Source: a virus (Duplodnaviria; Heunggongvirae; Uroviricota; Caudoviricetes). From it: 64,000 nt of DNA. The DNA lies in the IMG/VR virus record IMGVR_UViG_3300024269_000017; one strand, 5' to 3'. This document shows, piece by piece, positions 63,929 through 64,000 of the stretch. Under the pieces are notes generated by a model that searched no databases, was not told the origin of the DNA, and was given only the letters and a program-made list of their open reading frames with translations. Every line of letters begins with the position of its first letter. Position 1 is the stretch's first letter. A program made the translations under genes and the position numbers.

Positions 63929-63953
63929 AATAATGTCGAAAGGAGCTGATAGC

Positions 63954-64000
63954 ATGGAGTTCAAGGAAGCTATCAAGGCTTACGCTAAAATGATGGGCGT
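63954..64000 (+). CDS. 5' end of next early gene (truncated by window)
   Basis: AAAGGAGCTGATAGC-ATG; MEFKEAIKAYAKMMG... Confidence 0.45.
   Translation, partial: MEFKEAIKAYAKMMG

Noticed and set aside
54196-63930. Regularly recurring ~30-70 bp near-identical elements as a possible CRISPR array
   Set aside because: Spacing is irregular (300-700 bp) and filled with RBS-led ORFs. The repeats are canonical -35/-10 promoter elements with TSS-proximal leaders, not palindromic CRISPR repeats, and there is no leader/cas context.

Overview
This window reads as a tailed-phage (siphovirus-like) genome segment with two very different halves. Positions 1-52300 are an AT-rich (~33-36% GC) late/structural module, all on the minus strand. 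From the right it runs: Zn-finger protein, putative small terminase, large terminase, DUF559-like endonuclease, portal, protease/scaffold, major capsid, head-tail genes, major tail-like protein, chaperone, a ~3,790-codon tape measure gene, ~2,000- and ~900-codon tail/baseplate genes, and a 2,437-aa tail fibre. The main observation is that most of these late genes are interrupted only by in-frame TAG codons, never by TAA or TGA, and every fragment stays in one frame. One gene at 39803-40549 has 11 in-frame TAGs in 249 codons. No gene in the window terminates with TAG; late genes stop with TAA (one with TGA) and early genes mostly with TGA. Together this argues for amber (TAG) stop-codon reassignment or read-through of the kind described in recoded gut phages (genetic code 15), and against pseudogenisation. 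The most abundant virion proteins (capsid, scaffold/protease, major tail-like) and the whole distal tail-fibre block at 504-12152 contain no TAG at all. Positions 52300-64000 are a GC-rich (~50-58% GC) plus-strand early region. It carries about 23 near-identical sigma70-type promoters (A-tract UP element, cccTTGACAAAC, 17-bp spacer, TGcTATAAT, then a conserved +1 motif like TCGAAAGGGACAAG and a conserved Shine-Dalgarno leader). Each promoter drives one short gene. These include a HAD 5'-nucleotidase, a T5orf172-like nuclease, a DEDDh exonuclease, an AbrB-like regulator, three paralogous winged-helix proteins, a very acidic DNA-mimic candidate and a Zn-ribbon/DUF559 nuclease, with many tandem rho-independent terminators between them. 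The GC and codon-usage jump at ~52-54 kb is abrupt; it could be a mosaic junction, unusual host adaptation, or a chimeric assembly. No suppressor tRNA, rRNA, CRISPR array or integrase was recognisable by eye. Coordinates I derived by hand may be off by 1-2 nt.
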